This document shows positions 29,267 through 39,433 of a stretch of 64,000 nucleotides of DNA, one piece after another. Both the position numbers and the translations under genes were made by a program. The first letter of the stretch is position 1. Every line of letters begins with the position of its first letter. The notes below the pieces were generated by a model. The model worked only from the letters and a program-made list of their open reading frames with translations. It did not search any database and was not told the DNA's origin. Location of the stretch: NCBI GenBank assembly GCA_964354795.1, contig CAYHBB010000037.1:46197-110196 (forward strand), written 5' to 3'. Source of the DNA: an uncultured Planctomycetales bacterium (GTDB lineage Bacteria > Omnitrophota > Gorgyraeia > Gygaellales > Profunditerraquicolaceae).

Positions 29267-30243
29267 TTTCTTTCTCCTAAATCGGGATAAGTATTATAAT
29301 AAATCATATTTTCTGGGTCAGTTATAGAGCCTCCCCTTAGCAAATCTATAACCTCCCTTACTCCATCCTCTACGGTATAAAGATTCTTGAGCCCTAAATA
29401 TTTTTGAAGTTTAGAAAAATCGACTTGGTAGTCCCTTAAATCTTCGCCCTTTTTTATGGTATCAACGACCAAATCCGTTATAAATTTTTTAACTATTTGG
29501 ACTATTTGGATTTTTTGATAATTCTCCCCCTCAAATCCTATATTAAAAACGTTATTTTTTACCTTTTCAAATTTGTTTACAATTTCTAAAACCGTATTAG
29601 CCACATCAAAAACATGTATATACGGTCGGTGTGTATATGGCATAAAAACCTCTAAATATTTCTTAGCAAAAGCGTTCATAGCAAAATCATTAACGGTCAA
29701 ATCGAATCTCATTCTAAAAGAAGGCCCGTAAACGGTTGAAAGCCTGCAGATCACCCAATCTATGTCTTTTGCCTCATTCATCAGATATTTTTCCACATTA
29801 ACTTTAGTTTCAGCATATAAAGAGAGAGGGTTTAAGGGCGATTCTTCGCTGGCTAACCCCTTGGAAATTCCATAATTTGAACATGTGGAAAAGAATATAA
29901 ATCCCTGAACTCCATACTGGGAAGCTTTGGATATCAGATTAACCGCTGCTTTATGATTAATTTGATATGTCAATTCCGGAAATTTTTTACTCGCAGGATC
30001 CCCTACAACTGCCGCAGCATGAATAATAAAATCAACGCCTTCCAATTCTTTATTAATCAATTTATCATTGCAGATATCGCCCTTAATGAACTCATAATTA
30101 GGATTAGCCACATGAATCAAAGGGATTTCTTTCTTAAACCATAAGGAGTCAATTACTTTTACTTTGTAACCCTTTTGCAATGCCAAATTGCTTATAACGC
30201 TTCCGACATAACCGGCCCCGCCGGTAACAAGAATTGTTTTCAC
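29263..30243 (-). CDS. NAD-dependent epimerase/dehydratase
   Basis: TGGAGYVGS, AAVVGDP, STCSNYG, YAETK and MRFDL. Confidence 0.88.
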   Translation of the reverse strand: MKTILVTGGAGYVGSVISNLALQKGYKVKVIDSLWFKKEIPLIHVANPNYEFIKGDICNDKLINKELEGVDFIIHAAAVVGDPASKKFPELTYQINHKAAVNLISKASQYGVQGFIFFSTCSNYGISKGLASEESPLNPLSLYAETKVNVEKYLMNEAKDIDWVICRLSTVYGPSFRMRFDLTVNDFAMNAFAKKYLEVFMPYTHRPYIHVFDVANTVLEIVNKFEKVKNNVFNIGFEGENYQKIQIVQIVKKFITDLVVDTIKKGEDLRDYQVDFSKLQKYLGLKNLYTVEDGVREVIDLLRGGSITDPENMIYYNTYPDLGERN

Positions 30244-32060
30244 CCGATTGTCTCCTTATCAATAAAATCATCGGCGGCAATATCTTTTGACATATGAAGA
30301 TCATAATACAGGTTCTTATTCTTCAACAATTCCTCGTGTGTGCCTTGCTCCCTTATTTCTCCTTTTTCTAAAATAATGATCTTATCCGCATTCTGAACTG
30401 TGGATAATCTGTGTGCGATAACCAAAACTGTAGTATGCTTTGAAATATTATTGATCGCGTTCTGAATCTTTCTCTCAGAGATATTGTCTAAGGAGCTCGT
30501 AGCCTCATCGAGGACAATGATTTCCGGTTTTCTTAACATAGCCCTGGCAATAGCGACCCGCTGCCTTTGCCCACCGGAAAGCTTAACTCCGGAATCACCA
30601 ACAACCGTATCATAACCCTGTTGTGTCTCCATAATGAAATCATGGGCATTGGCCAGCTTTGCCGCCTCTTCAATCATTTGGTCGGTACAATTATCTAAGC
30701 CAAATCTAATATTCTCCTTGAATGAAGTGTTAAAAATAAACGTCTCCTGGCTTACATAGCCAATCCTGCTTAAATAACTTTTATTGCTAAGCTCAAAAAT
30801 ATCTACCCCATCTATCTTGATAAATCCTTTGTCTGGTGAATAAAGTTTGAGCAAAAGATTAATAATCGTTGTCTTTCCCGACCCCGAAAACCCGACAATA
30901 GCAGTCATTTTCCGCCTCTCCAAAAAGAAAGATAAATCTTTCAATAAATAATCTTCCATGGAGTTATATTTAAAACACACATTCTCAAAAGTAATTTTAT
31001 CAGTGAATCCTTCAATATTCTTTTTACCCTCAACCGCGGCAGCGAATTTTTGCGAGCACAATTCATGAACTATTTTTATATCCGGCATACACTCGGCAAT
31101 CTGCATAACGGCGCTACCCAGCGAATGGATAGAAGGAAGAAACCGGTTAACCACAACGACAAAAGTTGCCAACACCGGAAGCAGAGAAATAATTTCATTA
31201 GGGGATCTTCGGCTAAAAAATAAACCCGCCGAAGCAATTAGTACGTAAAATAAAAATTTAACAAATGCCTCCGGAAAAACTCTGGCCACCAACATACGAA
31301 ATTGATTGGCTACCCCCCGATCTACCGCTTGCGTGTATCTTTTCTTCCAAGCGTCAACCGCCAAGAATATTTTTATCGTCTTAATTCCTGTTATAAATTC
31401 ATTCAAGATGATATTTTTCCGCTGATTTTCTTCCACACAGACCAAAGTGCATATATTAATAAACTTCTGCATGACTTTTCTGATAGCAATGCCATAGAAT
31501 AGACCTACAAGTATGATGGAAATGGTTGCCTGCCAACTTAAAAGTACGAGCAAAGAGAATAAAAATATAGAATTAATCGAATGGTATGCCAGCGTAATCA
31601 CATAAAGAACAGCGACGGTGGTCCTCTCCGGGGCGGTAGTCCCCGAATATATTAATTTTCCTTGTTGGCTCTTAACATAAAAACCATAATCAGCAGTAAT
31701 AAACTTATCAAATATTTTCTTTTGGGTATCCCCAATAATCCGCGTTAATAATTTATTTGAAAAATAGTTGTAAATGAACTTTAGCAAGATTGCGAGAACT
31801 GAAATAATAATCAAAAGGAAACAGGCCGTCACAAATGAATTACCTGGAGCGATAAATTTTGTGGCTTTCTCAAAATATTGTAAAAAATCATTCTTATTTT
31901 CTAGGCCCAGCCCATAATTTACTATCGGATACAAAGCAGCTAAATTTATTGTATCTATAAATCCTGACAGAAACATAAATACTAATACATAGAAAGACTG
32001 AAGTTTATGCGCGCGAAAAAAATACCAAACAACTTCCAATTCCTGAATATCAATCTTCAT
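30240..32060 (-). CDS. ABC transporter permease/ATP-binding fusion (MsbA/PglK-like glycan flippase)
   Basis: N-terminal transmembrane domain, Walker A GFSGSGKT, signature LSGGQ, LDEAT and AHRLST. Confidence 0.9.
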   Translation of the reverse strand: MKIDIQELEVVWYFFRAHKLQSFYVLVFMFLSGFIDTINLAALYPIVNYGLGLENKNDFLQYFEKATKFIAPGNSFVTACFLLIIISVLAILLKFIYNYFSNKLLTRIIGDTQKKIFDKFITADYGFYVKSQQGKLIYSGTTAPERTTVAVLYVITLAYHSINSIFLFSLLVLLSWQATISIILVGLFYGIAIRKVMQKFINICTLVCVEENQRKNIILNEFITGIKTIKIFLAVDAWKKRYTQAVDRGVANQFRMLVARVFPEAFVKFLFYVLIASAGLFFSRRSPNEIISLLPVLATFVVVVNRFLPSIHSLGSAVMQIAECMPDIKIVHELCSQKFAAAVEGKKNIEGFTDKITFENVCFKYNSMEDYLLKDLSFFLERRKMTAIVGFSGSGKTTIINLLLKLYSPDKGFIKIDGVDIFELSNKSYLSRIGYVSQETFIFNTSFKENIRFGLDNCTDQMIEEAAKLANAHDFIMETQQGYDTVVGDSGVKLSGGQRQRVAIARAMLRKPEIIVLDEATSSLDNISERKIQNAINNISKHTTVLVIAHRLSTVQNADKIIILEKGEIREQGTHEELLKNKNLYYDLHMSKDIAADDFIDKETIG

Positions 32061-32143
32061 TCTTATCCTTATGATTTAGCCAATTCCTTAAAGATATCGC
32101 TCTAAATAAAAGCCTCATGCCATCTCTCGGGATCAGCATTCTA

Positions 32144-33052
32144 TCACCCGCGAATCTGAGCAGGCAGTTGTCGATCACAGTAAAACCGCTCTAATCCCTG
32201 TTCGACCGTTGGAAGCGCCATGCCTAATGCTTGGCTAAGTTTCAATGGCAACAAACCCAGATTCTTGGAACGCCGCACCTTAAGCGGGAATTGATCAACT
32301 GATACCGGTTCGATTAGATTCTCATCTAGACCAAACAACCGGGCGACTAGCCGAAACAGGTCATATTTGGAAATACTGTTCGCGGAAGCAAAATTAAAAA
32401 TCCCTGCTAAGTCTTTCGCAATAGCCCGTGATAGAATATTGGCGAGATCAAACGTATAAAGGCTCGATGTAATAATATCCGTAAAGCCGCGGATATTCCG
32501 CCCCGCAGACAATTCATTAAACGCCCACTCGGTTAACGAAGCCTTGCCCTGCTTCAGGCTCCAGCCAAAAAAACTCGTCCGAACAATCAAGGCGTGAGGA
32601 CAACGTGCGGCTTCTCCTTCCGCTTGGAGTTTGGTTTCCGCATAATAGTTGAGCGGTCTAACTGGATCATCCTCCCTAAAATTTCCACCCTCGCCACTGT
32701 AAACCGCATCGGTCGATATAAAGACTAATTTACTTTTCTGCTCGAGTAGAGCATCCGTCAAGAACCGAGTAACCTCGATATTATCCCGGTAGGCACTCTG
32801 TCGATCAAATTCACAACAATCGATGTCAGCCAAAGCCGCACAATGGATACAAACATCTGGCCGAAATCTACGAACAACACGCTCACACTCCTGTGGACTA
32901 GTCAGGCCTGCTTTCTCGGTACGAATCCAAGAAGGATTATACGGGTGGGCATGAAACAGCCCTAAAATGTCAAATTCATCCCGAAGGGCGTAGGCTAGAC
33001 TACTCCCCAACAATCCGCTGACACCTGTTATTAAAAGTCGTTTCTTGCTCAT
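32144..33052 (-). CDS. RmlD/RfbD-like NDP-4-keto-sugar reductase (SDR)
   Basis: ITGVSGLLG, HCAALADID, FISTDAVY and PLNYYAETK. Confidence 0.85.
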   Translation of the reverse strand: MSKKRLLITGVSGLLGSSLAYALRDEFDILGLFHAHPYNPSWIRTEKAGLTSPQECERVVRRFRPDVCIHCAALADIDCCEFDRQSAYRDNIEVTRFLTDALLEQKSKLVFISTDAVYSGEGGNFREDDPVRPLNYYAETKLQAEGEAARCPHALIVRTSFFGWSLKQGKASLTEWAFNELSAGRNIRGFTDIITSSLYTFDLANILSRAIAKDLAGIFNFASANSISKYDLFRLVARLFGLDENLIEPVSVDQFPLKVRRSKNLGLLPLKLSQALGMALPTVEQGLERFYCDRQLPAQIRG

Positions 33053-33055
33053 TTA

Positions 33056-33156
33056 ATCCCTCCGCAAATCCCTGGTTTTCAAACTGGGGATAGGAATTTG
33101 CGAATGTGATTTTTGCTCCGGGGAGGGAGCCTCGGCCTTTAGTCCGAGGGGCTCCA
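33056..33156. other. Highly structured intergenic element (nested hairpins; IS200/IS605-end-like palindrome)
   Basis: GGAGCCTCGG-cctttagt-CCGAGGGGCTCC (33126-33155); CGCAAAT-CCCTGGTTT-tc-AAACTGGGG...ATTTGCG (33063-33102); CCCTCC 33058-33063 is complementary to GGAGGG 33122-33127. Confidence 0.5.
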
Positions 33157-33157
33157 C

Positions 33158-34189
33158 TTATTCCGGCACATCGTCCATGGACCAACGGGAATCCTCAATA
33201 GCATAATCGTCTGCGATCTGTTCAACCAGTTTCTTAAGATCCGAAACAGAAAGCCACGCGTCATTATCGCCGGAAGTATACAAGAACCCTTCCGGACATA
33301 CGCGCCCTTTGCCCTTGACCAGCTCTTTGCGCAGGTCAGTATTAGACTGAACCACGAAACAATCCCTGAACATGACGGCATTACGCGCCTCGTCCTCACT
33401 AATAAGAGTCTCGTGGATCTTTTCGCCGGGCCGAATCCCGACAATCTCAACTTTACACTTAGGCCCTATGGACTTGGCGAGGTCTACAATCTTCATAGAC
33501 GGGATTCGCGGCACAAAGATCTCGCCGCCTTTCATGCGTTTTAATGATTCCAAAACAAAATAGACCGACTGGTCGAGTGTGATCCAAAAACGAGTCATGC
33601 GCTCATCTGTGATAGGTAACACGCCCGTCTTTAAACGCTCCTTAAAGAACGGCACAACCGACCCCCGACTGCCCAAAACATTGCCATAACGTACAACCGC
33701 AAAGCGCGTTTCGCCTTCCGCGGCCGAAAATCCTGCTGCTGTAAACAGCTTATCGGAACACAGCTTGGTAGCCCCGTAAAGATTGATCGGATTGCAAGCC
33801 TTATCGGTCGATAAAGCCACGACTCTCTTGACTTTACAATGGATCGCCGCATCGATAATGTTCATGGCCCCTAAAACATTGGTCTTAATATATTCTTCCG
33901 GGTTGCGTTCCGCCGCCGGGACCTGTTTCAGGGCAGCGGCGTGAATGACATAATCAACTCCCTTAAACACGCTCATCAAGCGGTCTTTATCGCGCACATC
34001 CCCCAAGACATACTGAATGCACGGATATTTATGCGGGTTCCACTTCTGGGCCATCTCGAATTGTTTTAGCTCATCGCGGCTGAAAATAATAATCCGCTTC
34101 GGCTTATATTGCGCAAGCACAATTTGAAGCATTTTTTTACCGAATGACCCTGTGCCGCCAGTCACCAAAATAGTCTTGTTATTAAGCAT
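33158..34189 (-). CDS. pseB: UDP-N-acetylglucosamine 4,6-dehydratase (inverting)
   Basis: TGGTGSFG, SRDELKQ, HAAALKQVP, STDKACNPINLYGATKL, RYGNVLGSRGSV and ITDERMTRFWITL. Confidence 0.92.
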   Translation of the reverse strand: MLNNKTILVTGGTGSFGKKMLQIVLAQYKPKRIIIFSRDELKQFEMAQKWNPHKYPCIQYVLGDVRDKDRLMSVFKGVDYVIHAAALKQVPAAERNPEEYIKTNVLGAMNIIDAAIHCKVKRVVALSTDKACNPINLYGATKLCSDKLFTAAGFSAAEGETRFAVVRYGNVLGSRGSVVPFFKERLKTGVLPITDERMTRFWITLDQSVYFVLESLKRMKGGEIFVPRIPSMKIVDLAKSIGPKCKVEIVGIRPGEKIHETLISEDEARNAVMFRDCFVVQSNTDLRKELVKGKGRVCPEGFLYTSGDNDAWLSVSDLKKLVEQIADDYAIEDSRWSMDDVPE

Positions 34190-34257
34190 ACGTCTCCTGT
34201 TTTTTATAACCCGTCATTCCAAGCGTTAAAACTTCCCAAGCTTACGCATAACTAGGG

Positions 34258-35373
34258 TTAATTTAAGACCGAAAGAACCATGCCGCGCACCATCGAAGCA
34301 ATAGCCGGTGAAGCGGTAAGGCCGGGAGATTCGATACCGATCAAACTTATCAATCCCCGTAAATTATTTTCGGTCTCATCTTTTACTACAAAATCCCTCA
34401 CTTGCTCTCCGTAACCATAAAGTTTAGGCCGGATACCCGCTTGATCAGGAATTAAATGTTCTTCTTGAAGACTAGGCAATAATTTTGCGGCACCCATGTA
34501 AAAATCACGTTTTTTATTTTCATCGACCTTATAGTCGATTGTCTCAACGTATTCTACATCGGGCCCAAAGCGAAGCCGGCCCGCCAAGTTGAGGGTAGCA
34601 TGAACCCCTAATCCAACTAGCTCCTCATGCGGAACAGGATATACAAGCCTATTGACCGGAGAAGGCATATGATATGAAAAATAGGTACCTTTGCAAAACT
34701 TGATTTTATATTTACTCTCTTTTATATTTACTCCCGCTAGTTCTGCGACCCTATCGCCGAACAATCCCGCGCAATTGATAAGGATATGGGTTTTGAACAA
34801 AAACTCGTCTTCGTTAACGCCAACTACAAAACCATCCCCTATTTTTTCCACCTTGGTAACCTCGCTTTTAAAGGCAAAGATAACCCCGCGATCCCTTGCG
34901 GAATCGTAATAGTGCTTCATTAACGAATGAGAGTCAACGATGCCGGTATTAGGCGAATAAATCGCTTTTACAGCTTTAATATTCGGCTCAAGCTTTGCAA
35001 CGTCATTTGCCCCTAGGAGAGTCAGGCCGTTACCGCAATTTCTTTTGCCTTTCTCAAAAAGATCCTCAAGAGCAGCAACCTCATCTTTCTCAGTAGCGAC
35101 AATAAGCTTTCCTATCCGCTTATGGGGGATATTGAATCTTTCACAGAGCTCATATATTTTCTTCGCGCCCTCAACGCATAAACGCGCTTTCAAAGAGCCC
35201 ATAGGATAATAGATCCCGGAATGAATGACTTCACTGTTACGACTGCTTGTTTCCTGGCCAAAAGTACTATTTCTTTCCAGTACTACAATCCGCTCATAGC
35301 TCTCTGAAAGCTTTGCGGCGATAGCTAAACCTATGACACCAGCACCAATAATAGTGATATTTAATTTTTCCAT
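34258..35373 (-). CDS. FAD-dependent oxidoreductase, L-2-hydroxyglutarate oxidase (LhgO)-like
   Basis: IGAGVIG, TSSRNSEVIHSGIYY, GIRPK and GIESPGLTAS. Confidence 0.85.
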   Translation of the reverse strand: MEKLNITIIGAGVIGLAIAAKLSESYERIVVLERNSTFGQETSSRNSEVIHSGIYYPMGSLKARLCVEGAKKIYELCERFNIPHKRIGKLIVATEKDEVAALEDLFEKGKRNCGNGLTLLGANDVAKLEPNIKAVKAIYSPNTGIVDSHSLMKHYYDSARDRGVIFAFKSEVTKVEKIGDGFVVGVNEDEFLFKTHILINCAGLFGDRVAELAGVNIKESKYKIKFCKGTYFSYHMPSPVNRLVYPVPHEELVGLGVHATLNLAGRLRFGPDVEYVETIDYKVDENKKRDFYMGAAKLLPSLQEEHLIPDQAGIRPKLYGYGEQVRDFVVKDETENNLRGLISLIGIESPGLTASPAIASMVRGMVLSVLN

Positions 35374-35399
35374 GATTACGCAAACCTTTAATTATGTGT

Positions 35400-35765
35400 T
35401 TATTTTGTTTCGTTAATTGTGTGATTGTTTCCGTTGCCGTTACCGTTGACGACAATCTTTTCCCATTCCTCTTTCATCTGGTTATACTCTTCCTCTTTCT
35501 TTTTTAAGAAAAGCTCCATCAGGTTCATCTTATGCTCAAGGCCTTCCTTGGTAAGATAATAGTGAATTTTGCTGATTTTTCCGGATTTGGTGCTGAAATT
35601 CTTGGCTTTGATCAAGCCTTTTTCGAAAAGTGCTTTGAGGAGGTAGTTGGTCTTGCCGAGTGAGATTCCCAGCTTATCAGAGAGCTCGCGCTGGGTCAAA
35701 TCCGGATCAGATTCGATGTGCCTGATTAGGTTTAAAGTCTCTTCTTTGGGGGGTTGTTCAAACAT
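35400..35765 (-). CDS. EPS-associated MarR family transcriptional regulator
   Basis: LTQRELSDKLGISLGKTNYLLKAL...YYLTKEG. The start was placed at ATG 35765 (MFEQPP), which coincides with the predicted +1. Confidence 0.9.
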   Translation of the reverse strand: MFEQPPKEETLNLIRHIESDPDLTQRELSDKLGISLGKTNYLLKALFEKGLIKAKNFSTKSGKISKIHYYLTKEGLEHKMNLMELFLKKKEEEYNQMKEEWEKIVVNGNGNGNNHTINETK

Positions 35766-35772
35766 TGAACAA
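35754..35772. promoter_or_regulatory. Palindromic operator TTGTTCA-N5-TGAACAA centred on the MarR start codon
   Basis: Perfect 7-5-7 inverted repeat ttgttca-aacat-tgaacaa. Confidence 0.65.
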
Positions 35773-35799
35773 ATATAACATACAAACAGCAAATGTCAA
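35772..35799 (-). promoter_or_regulatory. Sigma70 promoter of the glycan operon
   Basis: TTGACA (35799-35794), 16 nt, then TATATT (35777-35772) with an extended TGn; the predicted +1 is the A of the ATG. Confidence 0.7.
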
Positions 35800-35871
35800 G
35801 GTGATTTTGCTGTTTTCAAGGCTGCTTTTACGCTTGCAACAGACACGTAAGTCAATATAAATAAAGCGAAT

Positions 35872-35909
35872 AAAGAAAAAACGGGTGGAGCATAATTATC
35901 ACACCCGTT
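35872..35909 (-). terminator. Intrinsic terminator after the SGNH gene
   Basis: Stem AACGGGTG/CACCCGTT followed by TTTTCTTT on the minus strand. Confidence 0.6.
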
Positions 35910-35921
35910 CAACTACTGAAC
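35907..35921. promoter_or_regulatory. Second GTTCA-N5-TGAAC palindrome
   Basis: gttca-actac-tgaac, with its centre 151 bp from the first operator. Confidence 0.5.
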
Positions 35922-35955
35922 AACTATTATTCCGCCCTAGAAGTACTTTAAAGAT

Positions 35956-37191
35956 CTACTTTGACGCCCTTCCTTGGCTAATAATCTGCTTAAACAAAGC
36001 ATTACTTAATATCCCCTCTGCCACGCGCTCATGCCCTAGCGCTGTCCAGTGACCATCAAAATCATAATACAATGCTTCTTGGCTATGTTTTAATAAATAT
36101 GGCCATAGATTTAGGAAATTTACGTCATTTGTCCGAGCATACGATTCAATCATCTCAAACGGTACCGACGAATCATAAAGCTCGCCCTCCTTAAGCTGGC
36201 AGGCACCCCTTCCTTCTTTCCAAGCATCCTTACTTACCTGATGGCCAAGGGGGAATAAAGCAAGCATAAATTCACTTCCGCTAGCTTCTGAAACTTCTTT
36301 TATTTTTTTAATCCACTTACTTGAATTATTCCAATAGTATTGAGTGACTTTATTATCGACATTATCCCTAAAGATAAAATACGGGTCTAATTCAGCGCTT
36401 TGGATCGTCGGCTTATCTGCGATCAGTTTTTTTACAGATTTACCCTGAAGAATGCAGCCAATATAATTCTTTATCCCGACTAATCGTATTTTCTGGAACG
36501 ACTTGCTTAGTTTGTTATAAATATGAGAGAAAAAATGGAAATTACTCCTGAGCTGCAGCAAATAATCAGGATGATTGTTAATGTAAAAAGGATTGCAGGC
36601 CACTATCTCATTGTTTTTATCTTTTATCCCATTTTTCTCATATTTAAAATCTTCCGTTAAATCTAAAAAGTTATAAAAAAGAATCACCAGGTTAGGAGAG
36701 TAACTCACCATTTTCTTATTAAGTAACAGATATTCAAGAATAGGCGAATAACTGACAACCCCGCAGTTAATTACTTCGTATTTCTTAGTAGCTGAGGGGT
36801 TGTTTAACTTCTGCTCAAGTAAATAGCAAAAATTTTCCTGGTCATTTACGGCAGTGCCAAAAACAAAAGAATCTCCGAGAACAAGAATGCGGTAGGTCCC
36901 TTGCGGTTTATTTATAGAGTATTCTTTTCCTCTTAATCCCTGACAATTAATTGAAAACGAAGTTGGAAATCCTGCAAACATCTCTGTTACTTTGATATTT
37001 GGGGGATATGAATGGTGGAAGATTGGATCAGGCCTGCCCATATAAATATCCATGGTAAAAGCAGGAACTTTTGGCCTCACTAATCGGAAAATAACTTCTC
37101 CGACGACAAAAACACAGAGAATAACCGATATAAACACCATAATCAACCTAAATAATACTATCTTCTTTTTACTAAGTGGCGGATGTGCCAT
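35956..37191 (-). CDS. Membrane-anchored SGNH/GDSL hydrolase-fold protein (AlgX/AlgJ-like O-acyltransferase candidate)
   Basis: N-terminal TM segment, RILVLGDSF, INCGVVSY and DGHWTALGH. The start was moved to ATG 37191, downstream of the gap terminator. Confidence 0.75.
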   Translation of the reverse strand: MAHPPLSKKKIVLFRLIMVFISVILCVFVVGEVIFRLVRPKVPAFTMDIYMGRPDPIFHHSYPPNIKVTEMFAGFPTSFSINCQGLRGKEYSINKPQGTYRILVLGDSFVFGTAVNDQENFCYLLEQKLNNPSATKKYEVINCGVVSYSPILEYLLLNKKMVSYSPNLVILFYNFLDLTEDFKYEKNGIKDKNNEIVACNPFYINNHPDYLLQLRSNFHFFSHIYNKLSKSFQKIRLVGIKNYIGCILQGKSVKKLIADKPTIQSAELDPYFIFRDNVDNKVTQYYWNNSSKWIKKIKEVSEASGSEFMLALFPLGHQVSKDAWKEGRGACQLKEGELYDSSVPFEMIESYARTNDVNFLNLWPYLLKHSQEALYYDFDGHWTALGHERVAEGILSNALFKQIISQGRASK

Positions 37192-37208
37192 ATGACGCCT
37201 TTTACTAC

Positions 37209-37250
37209 AAATAAAAGGGTACACTCTCCGTATTTCGAAAAGTGTACCCC
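37209..37250 (-). terminator. Intrinsic terminator after gap
   Basis: Minus-strand RNA GGGUACACUUUUCG-AAAUA-CGGAGAGUGUACCC-UUUUAUUU; its G.U pairs work only on this strand. Confidence 0.75.
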
Positions 37251-37269
37251 ATTAGAGTAAATACTATGC

Positions 37270-38394
<1,125 letters not shown>

Positions 38395-38437
38395 TCACCT
38401 AACTTTGACTCTTTAACACCCATACAATTTCACGGAT

Positions 38438-39433
38438 TTACGCGTCTCTGAGGTATTTTGCGGCCAATTCAGGCGGGGTAGCAACGAGGTAAAACCCGGA
38501 GCCCCATTCAAAACCTGCAGTCCGTGTAAGCTTTGGCATGAACTCAATATGCCAATGATAACCTTCCATTGCCCCATCTCCGTTTACCGGAGCTGAGTGC
38601 AAAATATAATTATACGAAACATCCGGGAACAATTTCTTTAATTTTGTCACGATGTCGCGCAAAATCTGGGCCAGCGACGGGATCTCTTCAGGAGGCATGT
38701 GCGAGAAATTACCATTATGTTTCTTGGGGATTATCCAGATCTCAAACGGAAAGCGCGAAACAAACGGGCAAAAAGCCAGAAAATGCTTATTTTCCATGAC
38801 CACGCGCTCTGCTTCCTGAGTCTCCTGCCTGATAACATCGCAGAAAATACAACGCTCGCGGTATTCAAAATAATTTTGCGCGCCCTTGATCTCTTCCGCG
38901 GCACTCTTAGGAATCATAGGAAGCGCGATGAGCTGTGTGTGCGGATGCTCTAGTGACGCACCTGCTGCCGCGCCAAAATTCTTAAAAACCATGATATATT
39001 TAAAACGCTTATCTTTTGCCAAATCCAATGCCCGACGGCAATACATATTCAGAAAATTCTCAACCTCATGATTAAGTAAATCACAAATATCCTTCTGATG
39101 ATACGGAGTCTCGATCAAAACCTCATGTGCTCCCACGCCATTAGACATATCATACATCCCAAGGCCGCGGCGTTCGATATCTCCCTCCACCTGAAGCGCA
39201 GGGAACTTATTAGCCACGACTCTCACCTGCCAGCCTGAACTATTGGGCTGAGTATGCGAATCGCGGATGGCTTCGATTTCCGGCGGAGTCATAGACTCAT
39301 TGCCGTAACAAAACGGACAAGTCCCGCCCATATAGACCTGACGCTCATAATCATACTGGTCAGGCTTATGCGGATGGTCAGTGTCGACGATAACCCAACG
39401 TCCGCCTATAGGATCCCTTCTTAATTCCGACAT
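38438..39433 (-). CDS. galT: Galactose-1-phosphate uridylyltransferase family protein (intact HPHxQ motif)
   Basis: ELRRDP, CPFC, NKFPAL, GAHEV, GASLEHPHTQ, YHWHIE and AGFEWGSG. Confidence 0.9.
   Translation of the reverse strand: MSELRRDPIGGRWVIVDTDHPHKPDQYDYERQVYMGGTCPFCYGNESMTPPEIEAIRDSHTQPNSSGWQVRVVANKFPALQVEGDIERRGLGMYDMSNGVGAHEVLIETPYHQKDICDLLNHEVENFLNMYCRRALDLAKDKRFKYIMVFKNFGAAAGASLEHPHTQLIALPMIPKSAAEEIKGAQNYFEYRERCIFCDVIRQETQEAERVVMENKHFLAFCPFVSRFPFEIWIIPKKHNGNFSHMPPEEIPSLAQILRDIVTKLKKLFPDVSYNYILHSAPVNGDGAMEGYHWHIEFMPKLTRTAGFEWGSGFYLVATPPELAAKYLRDA

Noticed and set aside
33000-33450. ORFs 33000-33185 and 33139-33450
   Set aside because: They are alternative-frame overlaps of pseB, the reductase and the structured spacer.
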